Of a stretch of 64,000 nt of DNA, positions 1 to 9,698 are shown one piece after another. The notes beneath the pieces are model-generated. The model had not been told where the DNA came from and did no database searches. It worked only from the letters and a program-made list of their open reading frames with translations. Origin of the DNA: a virus (Duplodnaviria > Heunggongvirae > Uroviricota > Caudoviricetes); IMG/VR virus record IMGVR_UViG_3300032307_000505, positions 18,786 through 82,785 of that record, one strand, 5' to 3'. A program made the translations under genes and the position numbers. The stretch's first letter is position 1; each line of letters starts with the position of its first letter.

Positions 1-999
1 TATGAAGTTGTATCAAGTATGACTAAGATTCCTGTGAATAAAATGGATGCTGACGATTCTAAAGCATTAATGAATTTAGATAAATCAATCATGGGTAAGG
101 TAATTGGTCAAGACTCTGCGGTTGTAAAGATTGCTAAATCAATCAAAAGAAATCGTTTAGGTATCAAGGACCCAAATCGTCCAATTGGTTCATTCATCTT
201 TTTGGGTTCAACCGGTGTTGGTAAAACTCACTTGGCAAAACAATTGGCTAAAGAGATGTTTGGTACTGAGGATTCACTTATCCGTGTAGATATGTCAGAA
301 TACCAAGAGAAACACACCATCTCTAAATTGGTTGGAGCACCTCCGGGATATGTTGGTTATGAAGAAGGTGGTTTATTAACTGAGAAAGTTAAAAACAAAC
401 CATATTCTGTAATCTTATTTGATGAGGTTGAGAAAGCTCACAAAGATGTTTTCACAGTATTACTTCAAATCTTAGATGATGGACACGTAACAGATAGTTT
501 AGGTAGAAAGATTAACTTCAAGAATACTTTGATTATCCTTACATCTAACTTAGGTGTTAAGAAATTACAAGACTTTGGTACTGGTATCGGATTCTCTAAT
601 AACTCTTACGCAGATGAAGAAGCTAAGAAAGAAATCTTGATGAAAGAGATGAAGAATTTTTTCTCTCCTGAGTTCATTAACCGTATTGACGACACTATTG
701 TCTTCAATTCATTATCTCCTGAAGATATTGAAAAAATCACAGAGATTGAGTTAAAGAAATTAATGACTCGTCTTGGTGAGATGAAATACACAGTGACTTA
801 CAATGACGAAGTAGTAAAATACTTAGCAAAGATTGGATTTGATGAAGTGTATGGTGCAAGACCATTGAAGAGAGCAATTCAAGATAAAATTGAGGATTTG
901 TTATCTGAAGAAGTGTTAACCGGTAAAATGGTCGAAGGAAAATCTTACCAAATTAAAATGGATGGAGAGGAAATCAAAATTCAGAAGAAAGGTAGATAA
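1..999 (+). CDS. ClpC/ClpA-type AAA+ unfoldase, C-terminal D2 module (5' end lies upstream of window)
   Basis: Frame is open from nt 1. Walker A GSTGVGKT, Walker B ILFDEVEKAH, sensor/arginine finger region, and an IGF-type ClpP-docking tripeptide (GIGFSN). Confidence 0.85.
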   Translation, partial: YEVVSSMTKIPVNKMDADDSKALMNLDKSIMGKVIGQDSAVVKIAKSIKRNRLGIKDPNRPIGSFIFLGSTGVGKTHLAKQLAKEMFGTEDSLIRVDMSEYQEKHTISKLVGAPPGYVGYEEGGLLTEKVKNKPYSVILFDEVEKAHKDVFTVLLQILDDGHVTDSLGRKINFKNTLIILTSNLGVKKLQDFGTGIGFSNNSYADEEAKKEILMKEMKNFFSPEFINRIDDTIVFNSLSPEDIEKITEIELKKLMTRLGEMKYTVTYNDEVVKYLAKIGFDEVYGARPLKRAIQDKIEDLLSEEVLTGKMVEGKSYQIKMDGEEIKIQKKGR

Positions 1000-1006
1000 T
1001 AAGAAA

Positions 1007-1030
1007 GGGGATGAAAATCCCCTTTTTTTT
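1007..1030 (+). terminator. rho-independent terminator
   Basis: Stem GGGGAT / ATCCCC with GAAA tetraloop followed by T8, directly after the ClpC-like stop. Confidence 0.7.
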
Positions 1031-1046
1031 GTTTTATAAAAAGAGC

Positions 1047-1072
1047 ATAAAAAAAGAGACCAATCGGTCTCT
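1047..1072 (-). terminator. rho-independent terminator (minus strand)
   Basis: Stem AGAGACC / GGTCTCT followed by a T-run on the minus strand, after the peptidase gene. Confidence 0.6.
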
Positions 1073-1080
1073 TTTATATT

Positions 1081-1923
1081 TTAGAAGAATCTGTGATTAT
1101 ATCTTGGAATCTCAACTACTTCTTTAAAGTGTAACTTATTTCCAAGTTTTTCAATCATTTGTCTTCCCATCTCAATTCCTTTAAAAACATCCTCAATTAC
1201 CACATATTCGTTTGGTGTATGATAATCATAATATCCGATTGAAAAGTTAATACAAGAAAAACTAAATTTACTTCTCAACGCATAAACATCAGTATAAGGA
1301 TGAATCATGTACTGCATAGAGTCATTGTGCATCCCTTCAGTTAATACTTGGTCACAAACTTCGAAGAATTCTGATTCTCGGTCAAATAAATCTTGACTAT
1401 AACATTTTTCAGTAATCATCCAATTCTCAGGTGCATCAAATTGAATTCCATATCCAACATTAGTAAAGAATTTTGGGTCAGCCTTTTTAGAACCATGACA
1501 TCCCGTTTCTTCAGATACGAAGAATGCTGCTTTTAAATTTGGTGTTTCTTTAAGTAATTTTAAACAAGCGAACACGCCACACTTATCATCACCACCAATT
1601 CCGGTAGGTAACCCGTGTAAATTATACGCCTTCAACGCATCTTTAATTTCACCTTGAGCGTTAGGTAATTGTTCTTCATGAACAATAATCGTATCTAATC
1701 GGTGAACCGTATCGGTGTGAGCAATAACACATGGGAAGTAAAAATCTTCAGGTGTTGTTTCAAGTTCTTGTTTGGTTGCATAAACATTATTATGTTCATC
1801 AACATAATGTTCTATATTGTTTTCCGTCAACCAATTTGTAAGGAATTCGACCATTAGGTCTTCTTGATAAGTTACGGTAGGAACACTAAGAACTTCTTTT
1901 AGTAATAATATATCGTTTGTCAT
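1081..1923 (-). CDS. M28-like zinc aminopeptidase family protein
   Basis: HTDTVH (His ligand), GGDDKCG (Asp-Asp ligand motif), SEETGCHGS (Glu-Glu plus GS) in the order typical of M28/M20-type co-catalytic metallopeptidases. Confidence 0.55.
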   Translation of the reverse strand: MTNDILLLKEVLSVPTVTYQEDLMVEFLTNWLTENNIEHYVDEHNNVYATKQELETTPEDFYFPCVIAHTDTVHRLDTIIVHEEQLPNAQGEIKDALKAYNLHGLPTGIGGDDKCGVFACLKLLKETPNLKAAFFVSEETGCHGSKKADPKFFTNVGYGIQFDAPENWMITEKCYSQDLFDRESEFFEVCDQVLTEGMHNDSMQYMIHPYTDVYALRSKFSFSCINFSIGYYDYHTPNEYVVIEDVFKGIEMGRQMIEKLGNKLHFKEVVEIPRYNHRFF

Positions 1924-1943
1924 AGGACAAAGATAATAAATTG

Positions 1944-3077
1944 TTAACTATTTTCCAAACCATCTAAGGAATATTGATATAAAAAATTGTTAAATTCTTC
2001 CTCACCTAATTCAAATGATTTGTATAATCCTAAACTTTTATCTTTAATTCTAAATTTAACGGACATATCAGGGAAATTAATTGAGTCGATAAAAAACATA
2101 ACATTATTATCCTTGGGTACGTTGTACCAATTTTTTAATTTGTATTTTGAAGTGAGTCTATTTCTAAATTCAATATAATCTTTAATTGTATAAACGTCAT
2201 CACTTTGTTCTTCTAATGTTTCACTAATTTTTTTAAGTTGTCTATCAACTTCTCTATTAAACGATACCTTATCAAATTTACTTTCATCTTGAAAGTCATA
2301 AGTATTTTCATACCATCCACCAATTGAATAACCCAAAACTTTTTTAATTATCTCAATAATCATTTCTTTTGATGTGTAATTCCAAAGACCTAATTGTAGG
2401 GCAGTCATATATAGGTCGGCAACAGAAATACTAACCTCATCCATATTATAATTAAAAGTAATTCCATTTTTTTGTAATGGTTCATTAAACTCTTGGGTTA
2501 TAGATTCCTTAGCAACTGAATTCATTTCTTGTTCTTTTTCGGATTCATAATCACCTAAAATCCATCCAATTTCTGTTGGAAATAAATCAAGTAACATGCG
2601 TGATAATTCGGAACGATATTCCTCATCTTCAATGTTATATTCTTTTTCCGGTAATATAATCTGAGCAATATTTTTTAATGTTTCGTTGTTCTCATCATTT
2701 AACTCATAGTACACAATATAACCATCTTTGAAATCCTGTTCTATTTGATACGAATCTTGGAATTCATAACCTTGATATCCAGTAACCGCCTGCATAAACC
2801 AAACATCCTGTTCATCAAGTCCAATATCCTCTAAAAATTGTGTTTCATCATCAAATTTAATGGTAATAATTGATTGACCCAAAGGGTTTTTTTCATAAAT
2901 GTCATATATATCACCATCAACCGCATATAAATCATTTTCACTAATCTTACCTCTAGCAAAATTTCTAAGAGAAACAATTAAATTTCCTTCTTTGTCATTC
3001 TTAGTATCTTGCTCAGTTTGAATAACTCTTTTTACAATATGATTAAGGTCAGATTCCGTTAATTTTATTACTTTCAT
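1944..3077 (-). CDS. hypothetical acidic protein
   Basis: Long ORF. Start moved to the internal Met (MKVIKLTESD) because the upstream ATG at 3164 would overlap the tmRNA 5' end. Confidence 0.5.
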   Translation of the reverse strand: MKVIKLTESDLNHIVKRVIQTEQDTKNDKEGNLIVSLRNFARGKISENDLYAVDGDIYDIYEKNPLGQSIITIKFDDETQFLEDIGLDEQDVWFMQAVTGYQGYEFQDSYQIEQDFKDGYIVYYELNDENNETLKNIAQIILPEKEYNIEDEEYRSELSRMLLDLFPTEIGWILGDYESEKEQEMNSVAKESITQEFNEPLQKNGITFNYNMDEVSISVADLYMTALQLGLWNYTSKEMIIEIIKKVLGYSIGGWYENTYDFQDESKFDKVSFNREVDRQLKKISETLEEQSDDVYTIKDYIEFRNRLTSKYKLKNWYNVPKDNNVMFFIDSINFPDMSVKFRIKDKSLGLYKSFELGEEEFNNFLYQYSLDGLENS

Positions 3078-3153
3078 TAAAATGATTTTACAATAAATAC
3101 TTTTTTTGTTTGGAATTTCAATATTTATGTTTACCTTTGTGGTGTTAAAATAT

Positions 3154-3544
3154 GGGAGTGACATGGAATTGACTATTCGTAATAGTTATTCGGGGCACGT
3201 AGTGAGAAGTTTCCTATCACTTAAATCTATGGATGACAAATTTTAGACGGAAACGTTTTAGACAAACTTTCAGCTGTTGGATTTATCCGCACTGAGGAAG
3301 TTGCTGTAGCCTAATCGGAAACACAACACGGGGTCGATGGACATATAACCTTGCAACAGAAGTCTTTACAAAGGTGTGGTACCTACCCGAAAAGGTACAA
3401 GTGGAGGATTAGTTCTCAGTAAACCGAACCACTTTAAAAATAAGGGAATTGTGAATTTTGTCAGTTTTGAAAAATTGAATAAACGTGTAGTCCTTAATAG
3501 GTAATACAAGTAACACCGGAGTTCGAGTCTCCGCACTTCCACCA
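3154..3544 (+). ncRNA. ssrA: tmRNA (SsrA), phage-encoded
   Basis: 5' GGGAGUGACAUGGAAUUGAC matches the tmRNA 5' consensus GGGGnUGAnnnnGGAUUCGAC. 3' tRNA-like end CGGAGTTCGAGTCTCCG (T-arm) + CACTTCC + A + CCA. The 7-bp acceptor GGGAGTG/CACTTCC has a G3:U wobble (the alanine identity element). Internal ORF ends ...EEVAVA-TAA at 3296..3313. Length 391 nt. Followed by a terminator. Confidence 0.75.
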
Positions 3545-3552
3545 AAATAAAA

Positions 3553-3577
3553 ACCCGTCATAATGATGGGTTTTTTT
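3553..3577 (+). terminator. rho-independent terminator after tmRNA
   Basis: ACCCGTC ataat GATGGGT hairpin then T7. A near-identical hairpin recurs at 8181..8205. Confidence 0.7.
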
Positions 3578-3605
3578 ATGTAATAATTTTTACTATAATT
3601 AAACC

Positions 3606-4025
3606 ATGGGAACAAATTGCAACGTATGTAGTAATAAATGTAGCGGTATTGAAGGGTATGACGGAAGTTGTTGTTCTGTCGAGGACCGCAATTGGATTAT
3701 GGGACCAATTAATGATAGTCATATTTTTATAGAAAAATTATCTGAAAAATTAGGTGAAAGTGTTAATTATAACGATATTTTTATCGGGTATGAAGAGGGG
3801 AAAGAATTATTTCCGGATAAAACTGTATGGCAATCTGAATTTGCATATCCTGCATTTAGAGTTAAATTAGACCATAAGAAATTACCTTGTATTTTTTACG
3901 ATACCGAAGAAAAACAATGTACCGTTTACGATATTAGACCTGAAACTTGCGAAAATTATGAATGTAATTACTATTCCGTAATCAAATCAATAAACAACGT
4001 TAAAAATTCTTTAGAAAAAAAATAA
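3606..4025 (+). CDS. Cys-rich YkgJ/UPF0153-like putative metal-cluster protein
   Basis: CxxCxxxC...CC near the N-terminus and CIFY...C.VYDIRPETC.NYEC in the second half, the spacing seen in the YkgJ zinc/iron-chelating family. Confidence 0.45.
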   Translation: MGTNCNVCSNKCSGIEGYDGSCCSVEDRNWIMGPINDSHIFIEKLSEKLGESVNYNDIFIGYEEGKELFPDKTVWQSEFAYPAFRVKLDHKKLPCIFYDTEEKQCTVYDIRPETCENYECNYYSVIKSINNVKNSLEKK

Positions 4026-4048
4026 TTAATTATAATTTTTGTTTATCT

Positions 4049-4774
4049 TTGCAAGATAAAATACGCGTTAAAATGAAAAACATATTTTTAATACCAACAG
4101 AAAATTCAAGTAGATTATCTATTAAAGATGGGGTTTTAATTCTACATAGACAACAATGGAGAAAAGGTACTCAAAACATACACATCACTTCTGATAGTGA
4201 ATTTGTTAAAGACGAATATATTACCGACGGGATTGAGGTGATGAAAGCAACCCCAAAGTTGGTTGACGCTCAAGGTTTGGTTGATAGAAGAGATTGGAAG
4301 AAAATCCTTATGACGACTGACCAGGAATTGATTAACGATGGAGTTCATCCGATTGGTGAGGAATTCCTTAAATGGTTTGTGGAGAATCCAACTTGTATTA
4401 AAGTTGAGGTTGTTTATGGACTCTTTAATCCTATGGGAAGACAAGTTGACCCAAATGATTTAGGTCAAAATCATTCTAAATGTGTTTGGAAATACAAAAT
4501 AATTACAACAAAAGAAGAACAAAAGCAACATCTAATTGATATGATGAAGGGTGATGAAGAATTGGGGTTGTATGATATCTTTAATGACGAGAAAAGAGAG
4601 GGTGTTAAAAGAGTAATCCATCAACACAAAGTTCTAAAAGGTTTAAGTTTAGTTAATCCCCTCCATTTACAAATGACAAGTAATGGTCACGGAGAATTTC
4701 CGGATGGTTATAAATTAACAGAAAAAGGTATTCAATATATTATTGAACAATTAAATAAAGAAATAAAATTATGA
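4049..4774 (+). CDS. hypothetical protein, paralog family A
   Basis: Shares DQELINDGVHPIGEEFLKWFVENPTC with 16160..16699 (DQYLIKDGVQAIDDEFLEWFVKNPSC). Confidence 0.5.
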   Translation: MQDKIRVKMKNIFLIPTENSSRLSIKDGVLILHRQQWRKGTQNIHITSDSEFVKDEYITDGIEVMKATPKLVDAQGLVDRRDWKKILMTTDQELINDGVHPIGEEFLKWFVENPTCIKVEVVYGLFNPMGRQVDPNDLGQNHSKCVWKYKIITTKEEQKQHLIDMMKGDEELGLYDIFNDEKREGVKRVIHQHKVLKGLSLVNPLHLQMTSNGHGEFPDGYKLTEKGIQYIIEQLNKEIKL

Positions 4775-5017
4775 TACATTTTATAGTTGGAACAATCGCG
4801 GCAGGTTGTGTAATAGCAGGATTTGTAATAGGATTAATTCTGATATTTAAAAAGAAATAAAAAATGGATAATGGATGGAATCCGGGGTATTGGAGAATTA
4901 AAAAAGGAACTCTATTTGAAGAATTTATCCCCTACGAAAAGAAGTGGTATTGTGTTAACAACAAGATAATCCACCAATCAGAAAAAGAAAAAAATAATTG
5001 TAAACATTGCATAGAAT

Positions 5018-5581
5018 ATGAAAGTAATATTTTTGGATAACGATGGAGTAATTTGTTTATACAACAATTGGGGTGGTCGTGCAAAAAAATGGAAAAAGTT
5101 TAAAAAACTTAATCCCGAAGCAATTAACGATAAATCCGCACCAGTTGATGTGAGATTTGATGATTTTGATAAAAAATCTATCAAAATATTAAATCAAGTT
5201 TTAGAAGAAACCGGTGCAGAAATCGTGGTTTCCTCTGATTGGAAATTACATGCTACATTAGAAGAAATCGGAGAATATTACTTATCTCAAGGAATATCAA
5301 AAAAACCAATCGATTTCACACCAAACCTTGAGGACTTTGATTCTAACGCTAATGACTTGTTTATGTGGAAGAGAATGTTAGAGAAAAAGAGAATATTGGA
5401 AATCCAAGAATACTTGGAAAAAAATCCAAATGTTGATAAATGGGTTGCAGTGGACGACTTAAATATGAGCCCGGAATCGAATGGTGGTTATGGATTAGAA
5501 AACTTTGTATTAACCCCAAAATCAACTGAAGGAATAAAACAATCAGGTGTTAAAGAAAAATTATTGGAATACCTTACATAA
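5018..5581 (+). CDS. HAD-superfamily phosphatase, T4 Pnk 3'-phosphatase-domain-like
   Basis: N-terminal VIFLDNDGVI (HAD motif I DxDG). Later EIVVSSDW and KWVAVDDLN resemble T4 polynucleotide kinase phosphatase-domain motifs. No kinase P-loop. Confidence 0.5.
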   Translation: MKVIFLDNDGVICLYNNWGGRAKKWKKFKKLNPEAINDKSAPVDVRFDDFDKKSIKILNQVLEETGAEIVVSSDWKLHATLEEIGEYYLSQGISKKPIDFTPNLEDFDSNANDLFMWKRMLEKKRILEIQEYLEKNPNVDKWVAVDDLNMSPESNGGYGLENFVLTPKSTEGIKQSGVKEKLLEYLT

Positions 5582-5582
5582 T

Positions 5583-6044
5583 ATGGAAAGAATAGAACAT
5601 AAAACATTTAAAGATAATAGGGGTTCTTATACCCCTATTTCTACTTCAGAATTATCCATGAAATGGGACCAATGTTCCATTAGTGTAAATAATAATCAAT
5701 ACACATTTAGAGGTCTTCACTATCAAACCAACCCATCTCAAACAAAATATGTCAAAGTGGTTCAAGGGTCCATAGTTGACTTTACGGTTGATTTAAAAAC
5801 GGGTGAAACAGATTATATTGTATTATCAGATTCTGAAGCGGTATTAATCCAAAATGATAAAGCCCATGGGTTTTTAACTTTAGAACCAAACACAATTGTT
5901 GTATATTTGGTCGAGGGAGAATACAACCCGGAATCAGAACATAGTATTGTTTGGACAGATTCTCCGGAGGTAAAAAAACTTGTAAAATATTTTGTAAATG
6001 AAAATCCAATAACAATTTCAGAAAAAGATTCAGTAGGTAAATGA
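5583..6044 (+). CDS. RmlC-like cupin (dTDP-4-dehydrorhamnose 3,5-epimerase family)
   Basis: FKDNRGSY, RGLHYQ, KYVKVVQGSIVDFTVDLK, AHGFLTLEPNTIVVY and a YNPESEHSIVWTD motif set match the RmlC fold. Start taken at MERIEH immediately after the upstream stop. Confidence 0.6.
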   Translation: MERIEHKTFKDNRGSYTPISTSELSMKWDQCSISVNNNQYTFRGLHYQTNPSQTKYVKVVQGSIVDFTVDLKTGETDYIVLSDSEAVLIQNDKAHGFLTLEPNTIVVYLVEGEYNPESEHSIVWTDSPEVKKLVKYFVNENPITISEKDSVGK

Positions 6045-6232
6045 TAGACGTTAAAAAAATTTTAGAAAAAGAAGGTCAAGTTAGAAAACTTGAAGGGAAC
6101 GCACCTGAGGGGTTTGTTTTGGTCCACGAGAAGACATTAGAAGACTTGTTAGATTTTGAAACTTGGAAAGAGTGGAAAAATGGAAATATCACAATAAAAG
6201 AACTAAATAAAACAAATTTTGAAAATGAATAA
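6041..6232 (+). CDS. hypothetical small protein
   Basis: 63-aa ORF; start overlaps the previous stop (ATGA junction). Confidence 0.35.
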   Translation: MIDVKKILEKEGQVRKLEGNAPEGFVLVHEKTLEDLLDFETWKEWKNGNITIKELNKTNFENE

Positions 6233-6416
6233 TAAAAAATTAGAAAGAAAAACTCCTTCAGATATAGGAGGTGTTTGCAGTGGATTAGGAGATTATTTCG
6301 ATATTGATGAAGTATTTGTTAAAATAATATTTTTCGCATTAGTTTTTACTCCATTCCCGATTATTTTAACATATTTACTTTTATGGATTTTTATGCCTAA
6401 AGAATCAAAATATTAA
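6219..6416 (+). CDS. PspC-domain small membrane protein
   Basis: GGVCSGLGDYFDIDEVFVKIIFFALVF...LLLWIFMP matches the PspC domain core. Confidence 0.6.
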   Translation: MKMNNKKLERKTPSDIGGVCSGLGDYFDIDEVFVKIIFFALVFTPFPIILTYLLLWIFMPKESKY

Positions 6417-6421
6417 TTTAC

Positions 6422-6931
6422 ATGACACAAATTAAAGTATCGGCCAAACGACATTTGGTAAAAACAATAAGTTACCGAATAATCAGTACATTAGTTGGAT
6501 TTTTAATTATGTGGTGGGCAACCGGAAGCGTTGAATTTGGAGCGGCTTTTGGTGTTGCAGAATTAATTTACAAACCAATTCAATATTATATTCATGAAAG
6601 AGTATGGTACAAATGGATTAAATATGGTTTAATTGAAGTTAAACCAATGAAAAAAGTTAATAATATCCCAACAAGAAAATTAAATAAACTTGTTGAAGAA
6701 GAATTATTTAATAAGGAAAAAAGAGTTATCCCAAATGTTCCACCTGAATATAGATTAAAATTATCCGAAGGTGTTGACCCCGATAAAGTCATAAAAACAA
6801 ACCCAATGTTACTATTAGAATCAATCTTAGGTCAAAAAAGTGTGCCGCCTCCACCATCACAAGAACCAAGAGTAATTAAAGAAGGAAAACAACCAATTAA
6901 ACGACTTACTTATACCAAAAAATCCGATTAA
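6422..6931 (+). CDS. hypothetical membrane protein
   Basis: N-terminal transmembrane segment(s), proline-rich tail (VPPPPSQEP); terminator follows. Confidence 0.45.
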   Translation: MTQIKVSAKRHLVKTISYRIISTLVGFLIMWWATGSVEFGAAFGVAELIYKPIQYYIHERVWYKWIKYGLIEVKPMKKVNNIPTRKLNKLVEEELFNKEKRVIPNVPPEYRLKLSEGVDPDKVIKTNPMLLLESILGQKSVPPPPSQEPRVIKEGKQPIKRLTYTKKSD

Positions 6932-6950
6932 ATTAATCGGATTTTTTTTT
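6921..6950 (+). terminator. rho-independent terminator
   Basis: AATCCGATT aaatta AATCGGATT hairpin followed by T9. Confidence 0.65.
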
Positions 6951-6975
6951 ATTCAATATTAGACTATTTATAGAT

Positions 6976-8175
6976 ATGGACAAAAAAATTGAAAATATAT
7001 TATCATTATATGAAAATATCTTATCAACAAAATCTTTAGTAATATCTGAATCAGATATTCAAGGTGTTGATGAACTGGTTTATAATCCAGCAACAAAAGA
7101 AGGTGGAACTGTTGGTTATGGGTATAATGATGGAATAAGACAAAAAGGTATCACTTGGCCAAATCATGATAATCATTTACATATTGGGTTTACTAATAGA
7201 ACAACCGCAATGGCAATTATAGACAAGGCGGACTCTATGGGGTTAAAAACAACTGAAAACCCATATGCTAAAAAAGACCCTAATAAAAAAGTAGACAATG
7301 TTCACACTAACAGTAGTTTACATTACAAAAATTTTCCCGGAACACCTGTAGTTGGTATGGCCGTTGATATTAGTGGAGACCCTAAAAAAGTAACCGAATT
7401 AATAAAATGGATTGAAAAAAACTATGCGGGACAATACTCTAAAGAAGAAACTCCTTCAGATAAAACTATGTCAACCGAATTAACATTACCTACAGATTTT
7501 GATGCTCAATCAGAAGACCCTCTTATGTTTGATATTGTCAAAAATTTTGGTCAAGCATTATTTGGTGGAAAAAAAGTTAATGAGTCAATTTCATTTGGAA
7601 GAGATGTACAAAATAATTTTGGAACCGTGTTAATTCCAAAAGATTCAAATACTAAAATCAAAAGTCCTGTTTCAGGAATAGTAGATAATTCAAGATATAC
7701 ACCTTCTTGTAACAACCAAATAACAATTAAAACAAGTGGTAAATCCCCAAAATATTTACAATTTTGTGGTATCAGTGACCCAAGTGTAAAAGATGGTGAA
7801 ACAATATCATCCGGACAACTTTTAGGAAGAACTAACTCCGATGTTGAAGTAGTTTTATTTGATTCATCATTTCATCGAGAAAATTTAAATATTGAAAAAA
7901 CTACAATAGATAATAGTAATAATAATAATAATGAGGAAGAACCAAATTTAAACAAAGATGACTCAACTCAAAGATATGACGACCCAATTCTTGCTGCGTT
8001 AGTTAAAGCACCATTTAAACCATTTCAAGACAAATATGACAAATCGGGTAAAAGGATTGAGAAAAGGTGGGGATATGGTACCGACAAACAAGATGTCGAC
8101 CCATGGATTTTAAATAAATTTAAAAAGAAAAAAGTTAACGAAAATATTGAAAGAATTAAAAAGTTATTAAAATAA
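6976..8175 (+). CDS. hypothetical protein with LAS/M23-like peptidase motifs
   Basis: NHDNHLHIGF (HxH) and SLHYKNFPGTPVVGMAVDISGD (H-x6-G-x-A-x-D) resemble zinc ligands of LAS-type peptidoglycan peptidases. C-terminal SSGQLLGRTNSD resembles an M23 strand. Motif order is non-canonical, so this is only suggestive. Confidence 0.35.
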   Translation: MDKKIENILSLYENILSTKSLVISESDIQGVDELVYNPATKEGGTVGYGYNDGIRQKGITWPNHDNHLHIGFTNRTTAMAIIDKADSMGLKTTENPYAKKDPNKKVDNVHTNSSLHYKNFPGTPVVGMAVDISGDPKKVTELIKWIEKNYAGQYSKEETPSDKTMSTELTLPTDFDAQSEDPLMFDIVKNFGQALFGGKKVNESISFGRDVQNNFGTVLIPKDSNTKIKSPVSGIVDNSRYTPSCNNQITIKTSGKSPKYLQFCGISDPSVKDGETISSGQLLGRTNSDVEVVLFDSSFHRENLNIEKTTIDNSNNNNNEEEPNLNKDDSTQRYDDPILAALVKAPFKPFQDKYDKSGKRIEKRWGYGTDKQDVDPWILNKFKKKKVNENIERIKKLLK

Positions 8176-8180
8176 AAAAA

Positions 8181-8205
8181 ACCCATCATTATGATGGGTT
8201 TTTTG
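8181..8205 (+). terminator. rho-independent terminator
   Basis: ACCCATCATT ATGATGGGT hairpin + T-run; paralog of the tmRNA terminator. Confidence 0.65.
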
Positions 8206-8477
8206 TTTTTCTTACTGTTATTATTATTTTACTTCTTCAACAACTTCTGTTGTTTCAACTTCAACAGAATCAACAGCAACTGAATCAGTAGCTACGGCAG
8301 TTGAATCAACAACTTCAGTAGTTGTTTCAGATTTAGTTTCATTTTTACAAGACACTAATGCTAATGTCAAGACAGTCAATAATACGAAAATTTTCTTCAT
8401 GTTTTTTTGTTTTAAATAATTAATGTTAATTTATCAGACCATAAATATACAAGAAGTATACCAATATGTCAATTTTT

Positions 8478-8819
8478 TTATTGTATTATCTGTAATATAA
8501 TATAAGATAATTTATAACCAGTGAACGCACCAAGTGCAGATGGTATTGGAAAAACAATCAATTTACCCAAGTCAGTCACATATTTTGGACGGTTCACAAT
8601 TTTACCCATAAAGAAGTAATAAATCAGATATCCCATAAGTACCGCAATATCAGTTCTCGTTGCAATAAACACCACTAGCATCGCCCCAAGGAATCCAAAG
8701 ATAAAATTATCTCTAACTCCTTCAAAGATTTCAAGACGAGTTGCCGTCTTATACTCTTTAACTATTTTTTTAATTTTTGTTTTCCTCTGTTTGAAGAAAT
8801 CAGGTTCTTTAATTTCCAT
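8478..8819 (-). CDS. hypothetical membrane protein
   Basis: Two to three hydrophobic segments; ORF coherent with minus-strand neighbours. Confidence 0.4.
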   Translation of the reverse strand: MEIKEPDFFKQRKTKIKKIVKEYKTATRLEIFEGVRDNFIFGFLGAMLVVFIATRTDIAVLMGYLIYYFFMGKIVNRPKYVTDLGKLIVFPIPSALGAFTGYKLSYIILQIIQ

Positions 8820-9417
8820 TTTCTAATATGTTAGGGTAATACAATAAGGTTGGGTTCTTTTTTTGGATGTCAACGTCCGGGTATTTGTCTTTAAATTCCA
8901 TGACATTGAATTTACTGGTGATTAAATGATAACCATTTTTAGTTGGTACTACTTTTTCAACTTTATCTCCTAAAGGTAAAATATACATCAAATCCATAGT
9001 AATATCTCTAAGGAATTTTTTGTCCTTAGTATCAATATCTACAATCCATCTTTTTTCTTGAGTTTTAATTTGGCCAACAACAGAATCAAATAATCCTTTT
9101 TGATTTTGGGCTCCGTTTTTAATTCTTTGAGCCAATGATGACAACATTTCCAAAGACACATCTTTATGATTTTGTTTTTGTACGTGGATATATGCTCGAG
9201 CTTTAAACATCTCACAAAGTTGTTTAATCTCATCATATCGTCTATCAAGATATTCAATACTATCAACGCAGTAAGTCTTAATGGTTCTTACTGATTGGTG
9301 ATTATCTCTCTCACCCTCAGGTTGGTCTTTCTTCCTTTTGAACACATACAACATATAGAAGTCTCCCGGTTCGGAAAAGTTCAATAAGGATTTTACTACG
9401 TCAATATTATCTATCAT
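8809..9417 (-). CDS. hypothetical protein
   Basis: 202-aa ORF, no recognisable motif. Confidence 0.45.
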   Translation of the reverse strand: MIDNIDVVKSLLNFSEPGDFYMLYVFKRKKDQPEGERDNHQSVRTIKTYCVDSIEYLDRRYDEIKQLCEMFKARAYIHVQKQNHKDVSLEMLSSLAQRIKNGAQNQKGLFDSVVGQIKTQEKRWIVDIDTKDKKFLRDITMDLMYILPLGDKVEKVVPTKNGYHLITSKFNVMEFKDKYPDVDIQKKNPTLLYYPNILENGN

Positions 9418-9465
9418 ATCTTCTAATTTTTGACAAAGATAATCATTATTTTTATTCTAACAAAT

Positions 9466-9493
9466 AAAAAACCCCCAATTTTCATTGAGGGTT
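9466..9493 (-). terminator. rho-independent terminator at the downstream end of the minus-strand tRNA operon
   Basis: Minus-strand CCCTCAAT gaaa ATTGGGGG hairpin followed by T6, 40 nt after the last tRNA (Met). Confidence 0.55.
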
Positions 9494-9532
9494 AATAAAT
9501 TCAAAAAACAATGAATAAATACAAAAAAATTG

Positions 9533-9607
9533 TGTCCTCGGTAGGCCTCGAACCTACATATCTCTCGGTTATGAGCCGAGCGCCTTCACCAATTTAGCTA
9601 CAAGGAC
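9533..9607 (-). tRNA. tRNA-Met (anticodon CAT)
   Basis: Cloverleaf read by eye: acceptor GTCCTTG/CGAGGAC, anticodon arm CTCGG-CTCATAA-CCGAG, T-arm GTAGG-TTCGAGG-CCTAC, discriminator A. Confidence 0.7.
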
Positions 9608-9698
9608 AAAAATTAGGTTTTGGTGTAAACACCCTACATGACTTTAACCTAAAAAGTACACTGAGTAATTTAAAACCCCCAGCGGTTTTTACTGAACC

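Noticed and set aside
3409-3615. 68-aa minus-strand ORF
   Set aside because: Lies antisense within the tmRNA gene and its terminator; no coding features.
606-6792. Antisense or overlapping short ORFs (606..791, 1987..2178, 4142..4444, 4978..5184, 5782..6015, 6592..6792)
   Set aside because: Entirely inside longer, motif-supported genes on the other strand or frame.
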